NCBI RefSeq assembly: GCF_004010195.1
Contig: NC_057720.1
Span: 36,000,571-36,062,135, forward strand
Source of the DNA: Chiloscyllium plagiosum
Taxonomy: Eukaryota
Reading direction: 5' to 3'
Length of the DNA: 61,565 nucleotides
Shown here: one piece after another, positions 50,465 through 61,565 of the stretch
Numbering within the stretch: position 1 is the first letter of the stretch
Layout: the number at the start of each line of letters is the position of its first letter
The notes under the pieces: model-generated
Seen by the model: only the letters and a program-made list of their open reading frames with translations
What the model was told of the DNA's origin: nothing
Database searches by the model: none
Made by a program: the position numbers and the translations under genes

Positions 50465-52129
50465 ATGGAATCAATTGGCCAAATAGACTTTTACTCTACT
50501 TTTGTGATTCTAATTTTCTTGACTTGTGCCAGAAAGCCTTCTGGGCTCAAATCATGTTTTTAAACTTATGGTATATGCTGCCCACAATGTTCCAATTATT
50601 TGAATTAACAGAGAAGGTGTAACTCTAAGATGGCCGGCAAAGTTGGCCACTGTCATCTGTGTATATGCAAATTGTGACAGTCACACACCATTGTGTTGCA
50701 ATGCAACCATCAAGCCCTACGTCACCCCTGACTTCCTCTGATTGCTGATCACCCATCCTCATGCACACATGCAAAACATACTCAACATATCCACACACCT
50801 CCCCACTCTCACACACGCATGCACACACATATAAGAGCACATGCACACACACTGCACAGCTTGCCAAGGCTCTTTCTGAGCATGCCGGTCACTGCACAAC
50901 CTAATGGTGGTTTTGGCAAAAAGCAAAGTCTTAAATTAAAATCCAAATTCCTGCCATATATTTTCAGACATTAACAGATCACAAATTCAGAAAATGATCA
51001 CAAATATGATTCATATTGAAGAATAGAGAGTATCATTGTATTTAAAGACCTGGAGAAACAATTGGTTCACTCTTGCATCCTGCTCTTAATTCAATAACAC
51101 ATTTTTTATACTGAGTCCTGTTTTACAGGAGTTGGAACATACAGTCAAGCAAATAATTAGGGTGGGAGAAAACTACCTTGATCATTGATATCAATCTGTC
51201 CAAGCTTCCATGACTCCAGCCTGTCTTAGTGCTTGTCTTGTGCTGTTTCCTTTTCTTCTCTCCAAGGGCACCTTAAGATCTGCATTTCAAAACCATAAAA
51301 TAAATCAAATGTTCAAAGTGCCAATAATTTTAGTTTTGAAGTATATTTTGTTTCACTCCTATGTCTCAGATTTTGCCTCAATTACAGTGACTATAGGAAG
51401 CTGTTTTAATTTAGTAGCAGTAATCCCCCACCACAAAAGTGTCAAATCAATAAAAGTTAAGGAGATTAATTATTTAGACCTCACCAGCTTTTAATTAGTT
51501 AGCTATTTCGGAGGAATGGATTTGGTTACAATATTGATGTGCAACAATATGGTTACCTCATTGTTAAAAATCCTATTATGGAAAGAGTGGTCTGGTTTGG
51601 AGAAATCTGAACATACAGGTTTTTATTGTGGGTTCTGTGTGCAGCTGGAAGAAATATTGTATATGTTCCTCTTAAGGGATTCTTAAGATATCCGGTGTTC
51701 AACTTCAAGCTTTGTAATGTAACTGAGCTTATGGGGATGTAGATGCATACTTCCTAGATGTTAGAAGATTGAATTAGGTCTCTAAGTTTAAGAAAAGCCC
51801 TATGCTATCAGAGAATATTTTAATGATGCAAAATTACAATCTCAAAATTATAGTTTTCCATTTATAAAATGAAGACTCCAATACTGACTTAAGTTAGTGA
51901 CCATAATGGCTTCTTTACATGATTTTTGGAGACGTGTTGAAAAACTGGAAAAATCAATTGCAGTAAAGTGGCTAATAACTGTCTCAGCTTTAATTTTGTT
52001 GTGTTAAAAATAAAATAAGATACAAATATCGACTAAACAGTTCAGTTATTTTGATCATTGACCCCTGAGCTGCTTTTGTATTATCCTGGTGTTGTTGCAT
52101 TCCAACATATCTCTGTCTCATTCTCAATC

Positions 52130-52600
52130 GCCGTTCTCCTGTCATTCTTGCGCTCACTGTTCGGCAGTATGTTAAATTGGAAATTCTCATCCTTATGTTA
52201 AAATCCCACCATGTCTTTCCGCATTTTTATCTTGCTAACCTCCTCTCACCTTGCTCTGAGTTTGTGTTCCACTAACTCTGGCTTCTTGCTAATCTACTTC
52301 CTTCACCACTCCTTTGGCAGCTAGGCCTCCTGCTGGTTAGGCACTATACTCTAGATTTCTGTCCCTATGGATCTTCATGTTTCTACTTCTATTTCTTTAA
52401 TATAATCTTTATCTGCCTGTTTAACCAAGTTACCAGTATTATCAAATTCTATCTGATAATACTTGTGTGAAGCACCTTGAGCTGGAAATGTGTTGCTGGA
52501 AAAGCGCAGCAGGTCAGGCAGCATCCAGGGAACAGGAGAATCGACGTTTCGGGCATAAGCCCTTCTTCAGGAAGCACCATGAGACTTTCTACATTTAGAT
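52130..52600 (+). mobile_element. Old L2 LINE 3' end hosting a PLE micro-insertion
   Basis: aaattctcatcctt...ctctggcttcttg...tgtgaagcaccttgagac L2-type end. Confidence 0.5.
52482..52570 (-). mobile_element. Penelope-like (family A) 89-bp micro-insertion with hammerhead core
   Basis: Minus strand CTGAAGA-A-GGGC(ttat)GCCC-GAAACGTC; TSD gaagcaccWtgag at 52469-52481 and 52571-52583. Confidence 0.83.
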
Positions 52601-55600
52601 GTGGGGAACCCAGTCAGCCAAGTCTGTATGAAAAGGCCTGGATGAGATGCCAGAAATTCATTCATCTGTCGAAACAGCTGCACCCAACGGAACATGTTAT
52701 TTGATTTCTGAAATCTATTTCTCAATTGCTCAGTGTTTATTTACGCAAAGAGGTGTGAAATACTTGCAGTTTCTGCTACAGGGATACTTTGAAAGTCTGT
52801 TTGATTGCTTTTATTACAGGCTTAGAAAAGTGCCTGGGAAGTATGAGAATCTAGAGCGTTTGCTGGTGGGACATAAATTGACGTGGAAAGGGCATGGAGA
52901 TTGTGGTTGGGGCAAATGCTAGAAGGGTGTTTTCTGTTTTATTTGTTCTGTTGAAACTGGGATGAAATCCAAGATCATCAAAGTGGACCCTTTGAACAGC
53001 CACCATCTGCACGCAGCAGCTCTTATGGCTGTCTCTCAATTTTTTCTGGAGATAGTGGGCAAGATGCCTATTTACACCAACCCCCTAAAATAGAAAGCCT
53101 GTCTTTGTAGGGAGTTCTTCACAGCAAAGGCCAGCTAAAGTAGGAAATTTCCCGACTCCTGTTACCTGGCTTTAGGATGAAAACCCAGCCAACTGGCCCT
53201 GCCATATTAAAACAAAAGGACTTAATTAAGGAACAGCACAGGGTCAACTCTGGAGTATGTAAAGCAGTGTCAGTGTGGAATTGCCTCCTGGTCAATGAAG
53301 GAACAAAAGTAAAGAAGATATTGCAGAGAATTATATTCCATGAAATTTATTAGATTCACAAAATTTTCCTAATAAATAACTGAACCATTGAAATTAGGAA
53401 GATGTTTAATATTTTTTCTGATCTAATAATTCCAATGCTGGCAATCGTCCAGGGATCTCAACTGGATTCGCCTGTGCAGATATGTTTCTAGAAACATAGA
53501 GTGAAGAGAGAATGAGGTCAGCTGTGGTGTGTTTTGCATTGTAATGGTGAACAAAGTATTTTAACTTTTTCTCCTCCTCAGCTCATTCAATCTTAGGTGC
53601 ACCTTTCACTGCCTCCATATGATAGACATTCCCTCCCAGTTCATGAATCATGTATAATTATTCAAGTGAAACTAGATTTATTTCTAGCCTTTTGCGCAGG
53701 TTACCAGGCTGTACAAAATAGCACACTGCTCTATTGTTATACTTCCTCTGTGTGAGATTTTCAATGTGGTGCTAAAAAATGAGCAGATGTACTATAGTTA
53801 CTCCTAGCTTTATGGTCTGTTTTGAGATGTGGAATGGTGGAACAAGTCAATATTTTGGCACTTGTTTGTCTTGATAAACATTACCAATCAAAATCAGAAC
53901 AGATAAAACTCAGGTTTTATTATCCTCATCTGTTGCTAATTGTCGAAGTACAGAGTATAAATGCTGATGAATTGTAAAACCAAATTTATGGCAGTCTGCT
54001 CTAGCATATCTGTTGTCTATCCTTCTGTCATCATTCATCAATTGGATTTGATGCATTTATGCTTGTCCTTTTATTATTCCAAAAGAATTCTGAAAAACAG
54101 TTGGCCAATAGTTTAAGATTGGGGCATACTTTGTGGAATTTTGAGTGAAGCCTTTCCTTTGAGCACTTCAGAGTCACCAAAGGATGTGATCCATTACCTT
54201 CCACTTCTCAGTATTGAAATGCTCTTATTTCAAATTCCACATGGTACTTCAGACATTGTGACCTGGAGTTTGAGTTTGGCTCTCAAATATTTGCCAAGCC
54301 AGTGGAATTTTAAATGCAAGTTACATTGCATGTAAGTTGAGTCTCAACTGTCTTTAATATGCTTTAAAAATAGTGCTTGGAAGCCAACTCATCCTCAAAA
54401 TTGGCTACTCTGTGAATAACAAACTCTATGGCTTTCTTTTGATTGCAACTGTTGTGTTCAATAGGACTCTAAAAAGTAATATTTAAGACACACTAGTAGA
54501 CGTGGTTTAAAAGTTTTAAATTCTTAAAGATATTTATAATACTAAGAAACTGACTAGTGTACACTTGTAAAACTAGTTAATAGTTCATTATAATTTTAAG
54601 AAGTTAAATAATTGAAAACAAGTTGTCATAGATGATAGACTGGACATTTATTAAAAATGATTATTCTTAGATAAAAGTATTTCACATGCATTTATTAACT
54701 TGTCTCAGGTTTACACTATTGAATATACCAATGATTTCTTTTTCAAAATTAATGTGTAAATAATTGAATTCAATTATGTGCCTGGTTGATATAATTCACA
54801 GAAGATTTAATGATTGTAATTATTTTGGAATGGGAAGTTGCTCTGCAACCGTACTTAAAAAAAAAGCTAAAGTTTAAGACACAATTTTTATCTTGATTCC
54901 TGATTGCGTCCACTGTGGAATCTCTCGCCCTCAATGTTTTAACTGGCAGTCCCATCCAAATGTGTAAGGAAGCTCAGGGCTCATGTTTTCCAGTATAGGA
55001 AAGCACAGCAGCTATAACCTTCAAAATCAGGCCATTTGATTGCTGTCAACTTTTACATGGTTCTTAACAGCCCAGTTAAAAATCTGGCCCCTGGGCTAGA
55101 AAGAGTTAATTTGATTCTCTATTCAAATTAATACCACTTGTCTCTCATGACATTACAAGAAACCTGTACTTATTACAGGAACCTACAATTCTGACAAGTC
55201 CTTGCCACGGGAAACACATTTTAAAAATCATTGTCCTTCTGGTAACATAATTTTCTGGTAAAAATGCCTGCAGCATTCCTAATTGGAAACTATGATTTAC
55301 ATCAGAACAATCTAGTTCACAAAGACCAATTTTAGGATATGGCAATTTGTCCGTCTCAGCAACAAATTTTTTTTATAACCATTCATTTTTTTGAAAAACA
55401 GTAAGCCAAAGATTGTTTATCATAGTTTTTGCAAACCTGCTTTCAGTTTGCATTCTGTGTCTAAATTCGAATGCATTATAGGTATTTTTAATCAAATGTT
55501 TCAGGATGCTGGAGCAGGTGGGACTTCAACCCAGGTCTAATGGCCCAGAGATAGGAACACTACCACTACACCAGAGGTCCATTTCTAATGTAATGATCAT

Positions 55601-57134
55601 TGCCAGTTACAACTAAATAAATAATACTATTTATTGCATTTCTTTAAGACTAGCTTCTCACCATATAAAGACGTCTTTATAACAGGTTAGTTTGATGACA
55701 AGGGTAGAGGCTCTCTGTACCAGAAACAATGTATTTATAATTGAAAAGTGCATCATTATTCTGGTTACAATGGTTAATTGAACTATTTTTCTGTTAAACT
55801 TTTTAAGGGTACAATTGACTTTAGAAGAAATGTTGTCAGCAGCACCTGATTCAATATCCACTTTACTATAAAATTAGATTTGAAGAGAGGAAGGCCAAAG
55901 TGAACCAAAATGAAGTCAAGTGCAATGACTCCACTCATGCATGTGCAGGAAAATGTATTTCTTTGTGTTCGGTAACATTTGCTGTACTTAGCATCTATTA
56001 AATGCTGTACATTTTACTGCATCTTTTAAACCACTCGTTATCCTGTCACACCAAACAATTACCTCTTAACCCTCAAACCTTATTTTTCCCTCATTGAAAT
56101 ATTGCCAGTGATTATTTGGCACAGAAATTAAACCTCAGAATAGAGGATGGAACATAAATATTTTGCATACCTATTGTTTATACTTAAAAAAAAAATTAGT
56201 GGCTCATTTCGACTTTTCTGGTTCTTCCTTCTAGTCCAGTTTTTGTAAAGTACACTATTCCCAGAAAGGTGGGTAGATTGATAATCCTCTCCCTAGTTTC
56301 CAAAGAAGTTGATTTTTTTAGCCAGCTGATGGAAAGCAGGTGAGAGTTCCTCACATCCCTTTCCTTCTCTGACACTCCCTTCTTTGGGTGATTGGTCAGA
56401 GATTAGAAACTCCTAAATAGTGCAACTCTTCAAGTAAAAGAATATTACAACATAGGTTCAATCCCTGATCCAAATTAAAACAATATTCTCAAACATATTT
56501 TTAAACTTCCAACTTAAGTACTATTAATTCATTTTTAATTGTCAAATATATTATTTTTTAATGAGCAGTTACACCAGCTATTTTGATAACACAATTAATG
56601 TAGATAAAATCTGCAGGTAAAATGTTGCCAGACATGGTAGCCTAGCAATTTGTGAATTCAAGCCTCAGAATTCCCTGTTGGGAAATTGAATTTTAAAACA
56701 AATTCATGATTTGTAAACCTTCATCAGTGAAAAATGCAATGAAAGCTGTCAGATTGTCATAAAAACCCAACTGGTTCATTAATGTCCTTAAAAGAGAAGG
56801 GCATCTTCCCAACACATCAAAATGCAGATGAATACTATGTCTTCCACAAATGTAGAACCCTTAATATTGGTTAGGCAAATTAGCTCTGTTTTGCAGTATT
56901 GTGGAATTTCCTAAGAACTGGACATTTAGTTGGAAATTGATTATTAGTTGTACACTCTTTTGCTTAACATAGTAGAGGGTCAAAAATATTAGACAAAGAG
57001 AATATGAAGAAGGACTGAAAGTTGGCATAAATAAAAACAGTAAAAAATGTTCTAAAAATAAGATATACAATAGAATAGGCTGGCCAGGTATTAAGAGAGA
57101 AAACCACGTTATGGTGGGTAGAGGTGTGGTAGGA

Positions 57135-59054
57135 ACAAAGATGATTGATGAGGATAGACTGGTGGATGTGATCTATATGGATTCCAATAAGGTATCCGAC
57201 GAAGTTCCACATGATAGACTCGTTAGCAAGCTTAGGTCACACAGAATACATGGAGAACTAGCTATTTGGATACAGAACTGGCTCGAACGAAGAAGACAAA
57301 TGGTGGTGGTGGAGGATTACTTTTCAGACTGGGGGCCTGTGATCGATGGTGTGCCAAAAGGACCGGTGCTGAGTCCACTACTTCTTGTCATTTATATAAA
57401 TGATTTGGATGTGAACATAGAATGTATGGTTAGTAAGTTTGCAGATATCACCAAAGTTGGAGGTGTAGTGGACAGAGAAGAAGGTTACCTTAGAGTACAA
57501 TGGGACCTTGATCAGGTAGGCCAATGGGCCGAGAAGTAGCAGATGGAGTTTAATTTAGATAAATGTGAGGTGCTCCATTTTGGAAAGGCAACTCAGGGCA
57601 GGACTTATACACTTAATGATAAGGTCCTAGGTAGTGTTGCTGAACAAAGAGTTCTTGGAGTGCAGGTGAATAGTTACTTGAAAATGGAGTCACAGGTAGA
57701 TAGTATTGTGAAGAAGGTGTTTGGTATACTTGTCTTTACTGGTCAGTGCTGAAAAATGTGGTGCTGAAAAGCACAGCCAGCCAGGCAGCATCCAAGGAAC
57801 AGGAGAGTTCACGTTTCGAGCATGAGCTCTTCATTAGGAATGTGGGGGTGGCCCAAGGGGGCTAAGGGATAAATTGGGGAGTTGGGGCTGTGGGAAGGTA
57901 GCTGGGAATGCAATAGGTAGGTAGGGGCTGGGGACGGAGAGTGATAGGTCAGAGAGGAGCGTGGAGTGGACAGCCACCCGATGCCTGGAGGAAAAACGCC
58001 TCATCTTCCGCCTTGGGACCTTCCAACCACAGGGGATCAATGTCGATTTCACCAATTTCCTCATCTCCCCTCCCCCATCTTATTCCGGCTCAAACCTTCC
58101 AACTTGGCAATGCTCTCTTGAACTGTCCTACGTGTTCATCTTCCTTCCCACCTATCCACTCTACCCTCCTCTCCGACCTATCACCATCAACCCCCACCTT
58201 CATCTACCTATTGTATTCCCCACTACCTTCACCCCCCCTCCCATTTATCTCTCAGCCCCCTTGGGCCACTCTTCATTCCTGATGAAGAGCTCATGCGCGA
58301 AACGTTGATTCACCTGCTCCTCGCATGCTGCCTGACTGGCTGTGCTTTTCCAGCACCTCACTTTTTGGCTTTGATCTCCAGCATCTGCAGTCCTCATCTT
58401 TTTACCTTTATTGGTCAGTGCATAGAGTATATGAGTTAGAAGGTCATGTTGCAGCTGTACAGGACATTGGTTCAGCCACATTTGGAATATTTTGTGCAAT
58501 TATGCTCTCCCTGCTATAGGAAGAATGTTGTGAAACTTGAAAGGGTTCAGAAAAGATTGATGAAGATGTTGCCAGGGTTGGAAAATTGAACTATAGGGAG
58601 AGGTTGAATACACTGGGGGTATTTTCCCTGGAGCGTTGGAGGCTGAGGGGTGACTTTATAGACGCTTATAAAGTAATGAGGGGCATGGATAGGCTAAATA
58701 GACAAGGTCTTTTCCCCAGGGTGGGGAGTCCAAAACTGGAGGGCATAGGTTTAAGGTAAGAAGGGAAAGATTGAAAAGGGACCTAAAGGACAACCTTTTC
58801 ATGCAGAATAAGCTGCCAGAAGAAGGAATCTTAGCAGGAATCTTAGCAAGGAATAAGCTGCCAGAAGAAGTGGTGGAGGAGGCCACAGTTACAACATTCG
58901 AAAGATATTTGAATAGGTACATGAACAGGAAGGGTTTAGAGAGATATGGGCCAAATGCTGGCAAATGGGACTAGATTAATTGAGGATATCTGGTCAGAAT
59001 TGATGAGTTGGACTGAAGGTTCTTTTTCCATGCTGTACAACTCTATGACTCTAT
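57135..59054 (+). mobile_element. CR1/HER1 LINE with decayed RT, interrupted by a PLE
   Basis: VDVIYMD...VPH...GVPKGPVLSPLLLVIYINDLD...SKFADITK; stops and frameshifts; terminal repeat. Confidence 0.94.
57750..58405 (+). mobile_element. Penelope-like (family A) insertion with a 5'-inverted terminal repeat
   Basis: LEEKRLIFRLGTFQPQGINVDF GIY-YIG end; inverted arm 57750-57972; TSD ctttaYtggtcagtgc at 57734-57749 and 58406-58421; hammerhead at 58275-58310. Confidence 0.9.
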
Positions 59055-59232
59055 CATAAGAGAAGTAACCATTCATGCACTGGTTAAGGTTAACAATAAA
59101 CTAAACATTTCCTTGACCTGGCATTCTCTGAAATAGGCATGCAGCCTATTTTAGTGGAGTTGGTCTTGCTCTTAAGATGTAATAAACAAGGTTACTTCCC
59201 AATTACAACATGAAAGAGGCAACTGGTTGGGT

Positions 59233-59370
59233 ATGTGAATGGGAAGGGTATAGAGGGATATGGGCCAAATGCTGGCAAACGGGACGAGATTTATTTAGGA
59301 TATCTGGTTGGCATGGATGAGTTGGACTGAAGGGTCTGTTTCCATGCTGTATACCTCAATGTCTCTATGA
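59233..59370 (+). mobile_element. CR1/HER1 short 3' fragment
   Basis: gggatatgggccaaatgctggcaaa...gggtctgtttccatgctgta. Confidence 0.87.
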
Positions 59371-61049
59371 AGTGTAGAATAGGATCAGAAGTAGACCATT
59401 CATCCCCTTGAGCTTGTCCCCTATTCTGTTTGATTATGCTAATCAATAGCTTTGTGCTATTTAGCACCTTGATATCCTTAAGGAATAAAAAGTTCTCAAT
59501 CACAGCAGTGAAAATTTTATTCCATCAAACAGCAATAATAATTTGGCAGATTAAATTTCATATTTTCATCATCTTTTGTGGGAAAACAAATCCTTTGTTT
59601 TTAGTTGAATGATACAGCTGTAATTTAGTAGCTTCTCTGCAACTACACAGACTATTTTCAAAAAACATTTTCAGTGCCAGAATTAATTATCTCCATCCTT
59701 CTAAACTCAACAAAATACAATGCAAGTTTACGCAAGCTATCCTCATTTAACCATTTTCTGTCACCCACAATGCACTTAGGGAGGAAATGTGCCAAAATTT
59801 ATATTGCTGTTGTCAGTATCTTGATGATTGTTAAAGAAACATTTATAGAGGGGATTGCGCACCATAATACACAGGACAGGAGCCAAATAATTAACAAAAA
59901 ACACTTACATTGTGGTACAGCAACTTACAAATGCCTTTGACAGAAGACATTCCAATATGCAATCGGCCAAAACCCTATACAAGACCAAAGGAGCACTCAT
60001 TCGAGGGAATGACAAAAAACTTAGTGAAAAAGATAGGTTTAAAAATGATCTTAAAGAAAGAAAGGCAAGTGCAAGTGTGGACATGTTTGAGTCCTCTCAA
60101 ACTTCATTCTTACACAGAGATTCGCTCCCATACAGATGTTGTTGGAATCCACTACACCAGAGTTATGGATAATGCAAACCTAAATTAAACTGTTGTGTCG
60201 CTCATTCATCCAGCTTCCTCCATTAGTATGCCCATTCCAGTGAACTAACAGAATTACACAAGTTCTTGCAGCATCTGATATGATAAAACCAGTAACAGAA
60301 CCAATACATCATCAAGAAAATATAAGGTCTATTCAATGGTAGGAGATTCCCATTCATAGTTGTCAGCTTCTTACGGAGGATGCACCCAAAAGGAATATTA
60401 TAAGTTATATATACACACACATTATTTTTGTTACTAGGGACAGCACTGACGTAAGTACATTAGGTGCACACAATCAACAATTTCTAATGTCTTACATTTG
60501 CCTATATTGTATTTCAGCCCAGTCCAGTGATTATTCTCTGGATGGTGCAGGAAAAGATAATAGTAAGAGAAATGTAGTTTCAATAGAGCAAAGTCAAAGC
60601 TGTATTGACCATTGTATAATGTACTGTATAGTGAATTGGCATACTCATAAAATTGGGTATGTTCTAACATTTTTGTGCATGAAACGCAAGGGGACAATGG
60701 AGGTCTAATTTCAGGGTCATTGTGCTGAAGTTCTCTGAATGAATAAGTCAAGGAGCATGTAACAGATAGTGATGAATTTGAAGACCCTAGTGAATCTGTG
60801 TTTTATTATGTTCACACATGTAAAGTATTGATTCAGAATGCTTTATAACATGCTTTCAATGATACTGTTGGCTACCCAAGCAGATTGCTTTAGCCCACTT
60901 CAAAATCCATATCTAATTGTGATACTTCAATGGAAAAGACATAGTTCAATTAGTTAAACGCCTAATATGATGCTGCATGATATTAAATAATGAGTCTAGA
61001 TGACATCCTGACTACAAAAGCAAAAACTGAGCATAGTGTACAACCCCAC

Positions 61050-61565
61050 CTAGAGTTATAGAGTCAGAGATGTACAGCATGGAAACAGACCCTTCGGTCC
61101 AACCCGTCCATGCCGACCAGATATACCAACCCAATCTAGTCCCACCTGCCAGCACCTGGCCCATACCTCTCCAAACCCTTCCTATTCATATACCCATCCA
61201 AATGCCTTTTAAGTGTTGAATTGTACCAGCCTCCACCACTTCCTCTGGCAGCTCATTCCATACACATACCACCCTCTGCTTGAAAATGTTGCCCCTTAGG
61301 TCTCTTTTATATCTTTCTCCTCTCACCCTAAACCAATGCCCTCTAGTTCTGGACTCCCCGACCCCAGAGAAAAGTCTTTGTCTATTTATCCTATCCATGC
61401 CCCTCATAATTTTGTAAACCCTCTATAAGGTCACCGCTCAGCCTCTGATGCTCCAGGGAAAACAGCCCCAGCCTGTTCAGCCTCTCCCTGTAGCTCAGAT
61501 CCTCCAACCCTGGCAACATCCTTGTAAATCTTTTCTGAACCCTTTCAAGTTTCACAACATCTTTC
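61050..61565 (-). mobile_element. CR1/HER1 3' fragment continuing beyond the window
   Basis: WNELPEEVVEAGT; terminal repeat. Confidence 0.93.

Noticed and set aside
57111..57752. Reverse transcriptase ORFs as a functional gene
   Set aside because: 5'-truncated CR1 with an in-frame stop, catalytic FADD mutated to FADI, and a PLE insertion.

Overview
AT-rich, repeat-dense vertebrate DNA. The HE1 SINE / HER1 (CR1) LINE pair points to an elasmobranch (shark or ray). There is a 500-N assembly gap at 5115-5614. The only host coding sequence I can support is one 100-nt + strand exon at 39739-39838 (AYSFAMGDYPKSGLPFMIKGLNLQHIGKLHSGI). I recognise it as the penultimate exon of ERI3, a DEDDh exoribonuclease, so the window is probably two large ERI3 introns. 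The other supplied ORFs are repeat-derived or spurious. Repeats include CR1/HER1 LINE fragments, HE1 SINEs, an older CR1/L2-group LINE with a second tRNA-SINE sharing its tail, Deu-type SINEs, a Tigger-like transposon, a probable solo LTR and a decayed GalEa-like Copia element. The most interesting signal is about 15 Penelope-like element (PLE) insertions from three families. Their terminal repeats carry minimal type I hammerhead ribozyme motifs (CUGANGA-stem II-GAAA-palindromic stem III). Many are tiny (90-210 bp) or fold-back hairpins with 10-16 bp target-site duplications (TSDs), with breakpoints clustered on the ribozyme and a ~33-37 nt tail on one arm only. Two identical intact hammerheads lie in sense in the same intron. 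All family names come from recall and by-eye comparison; no searches were run.
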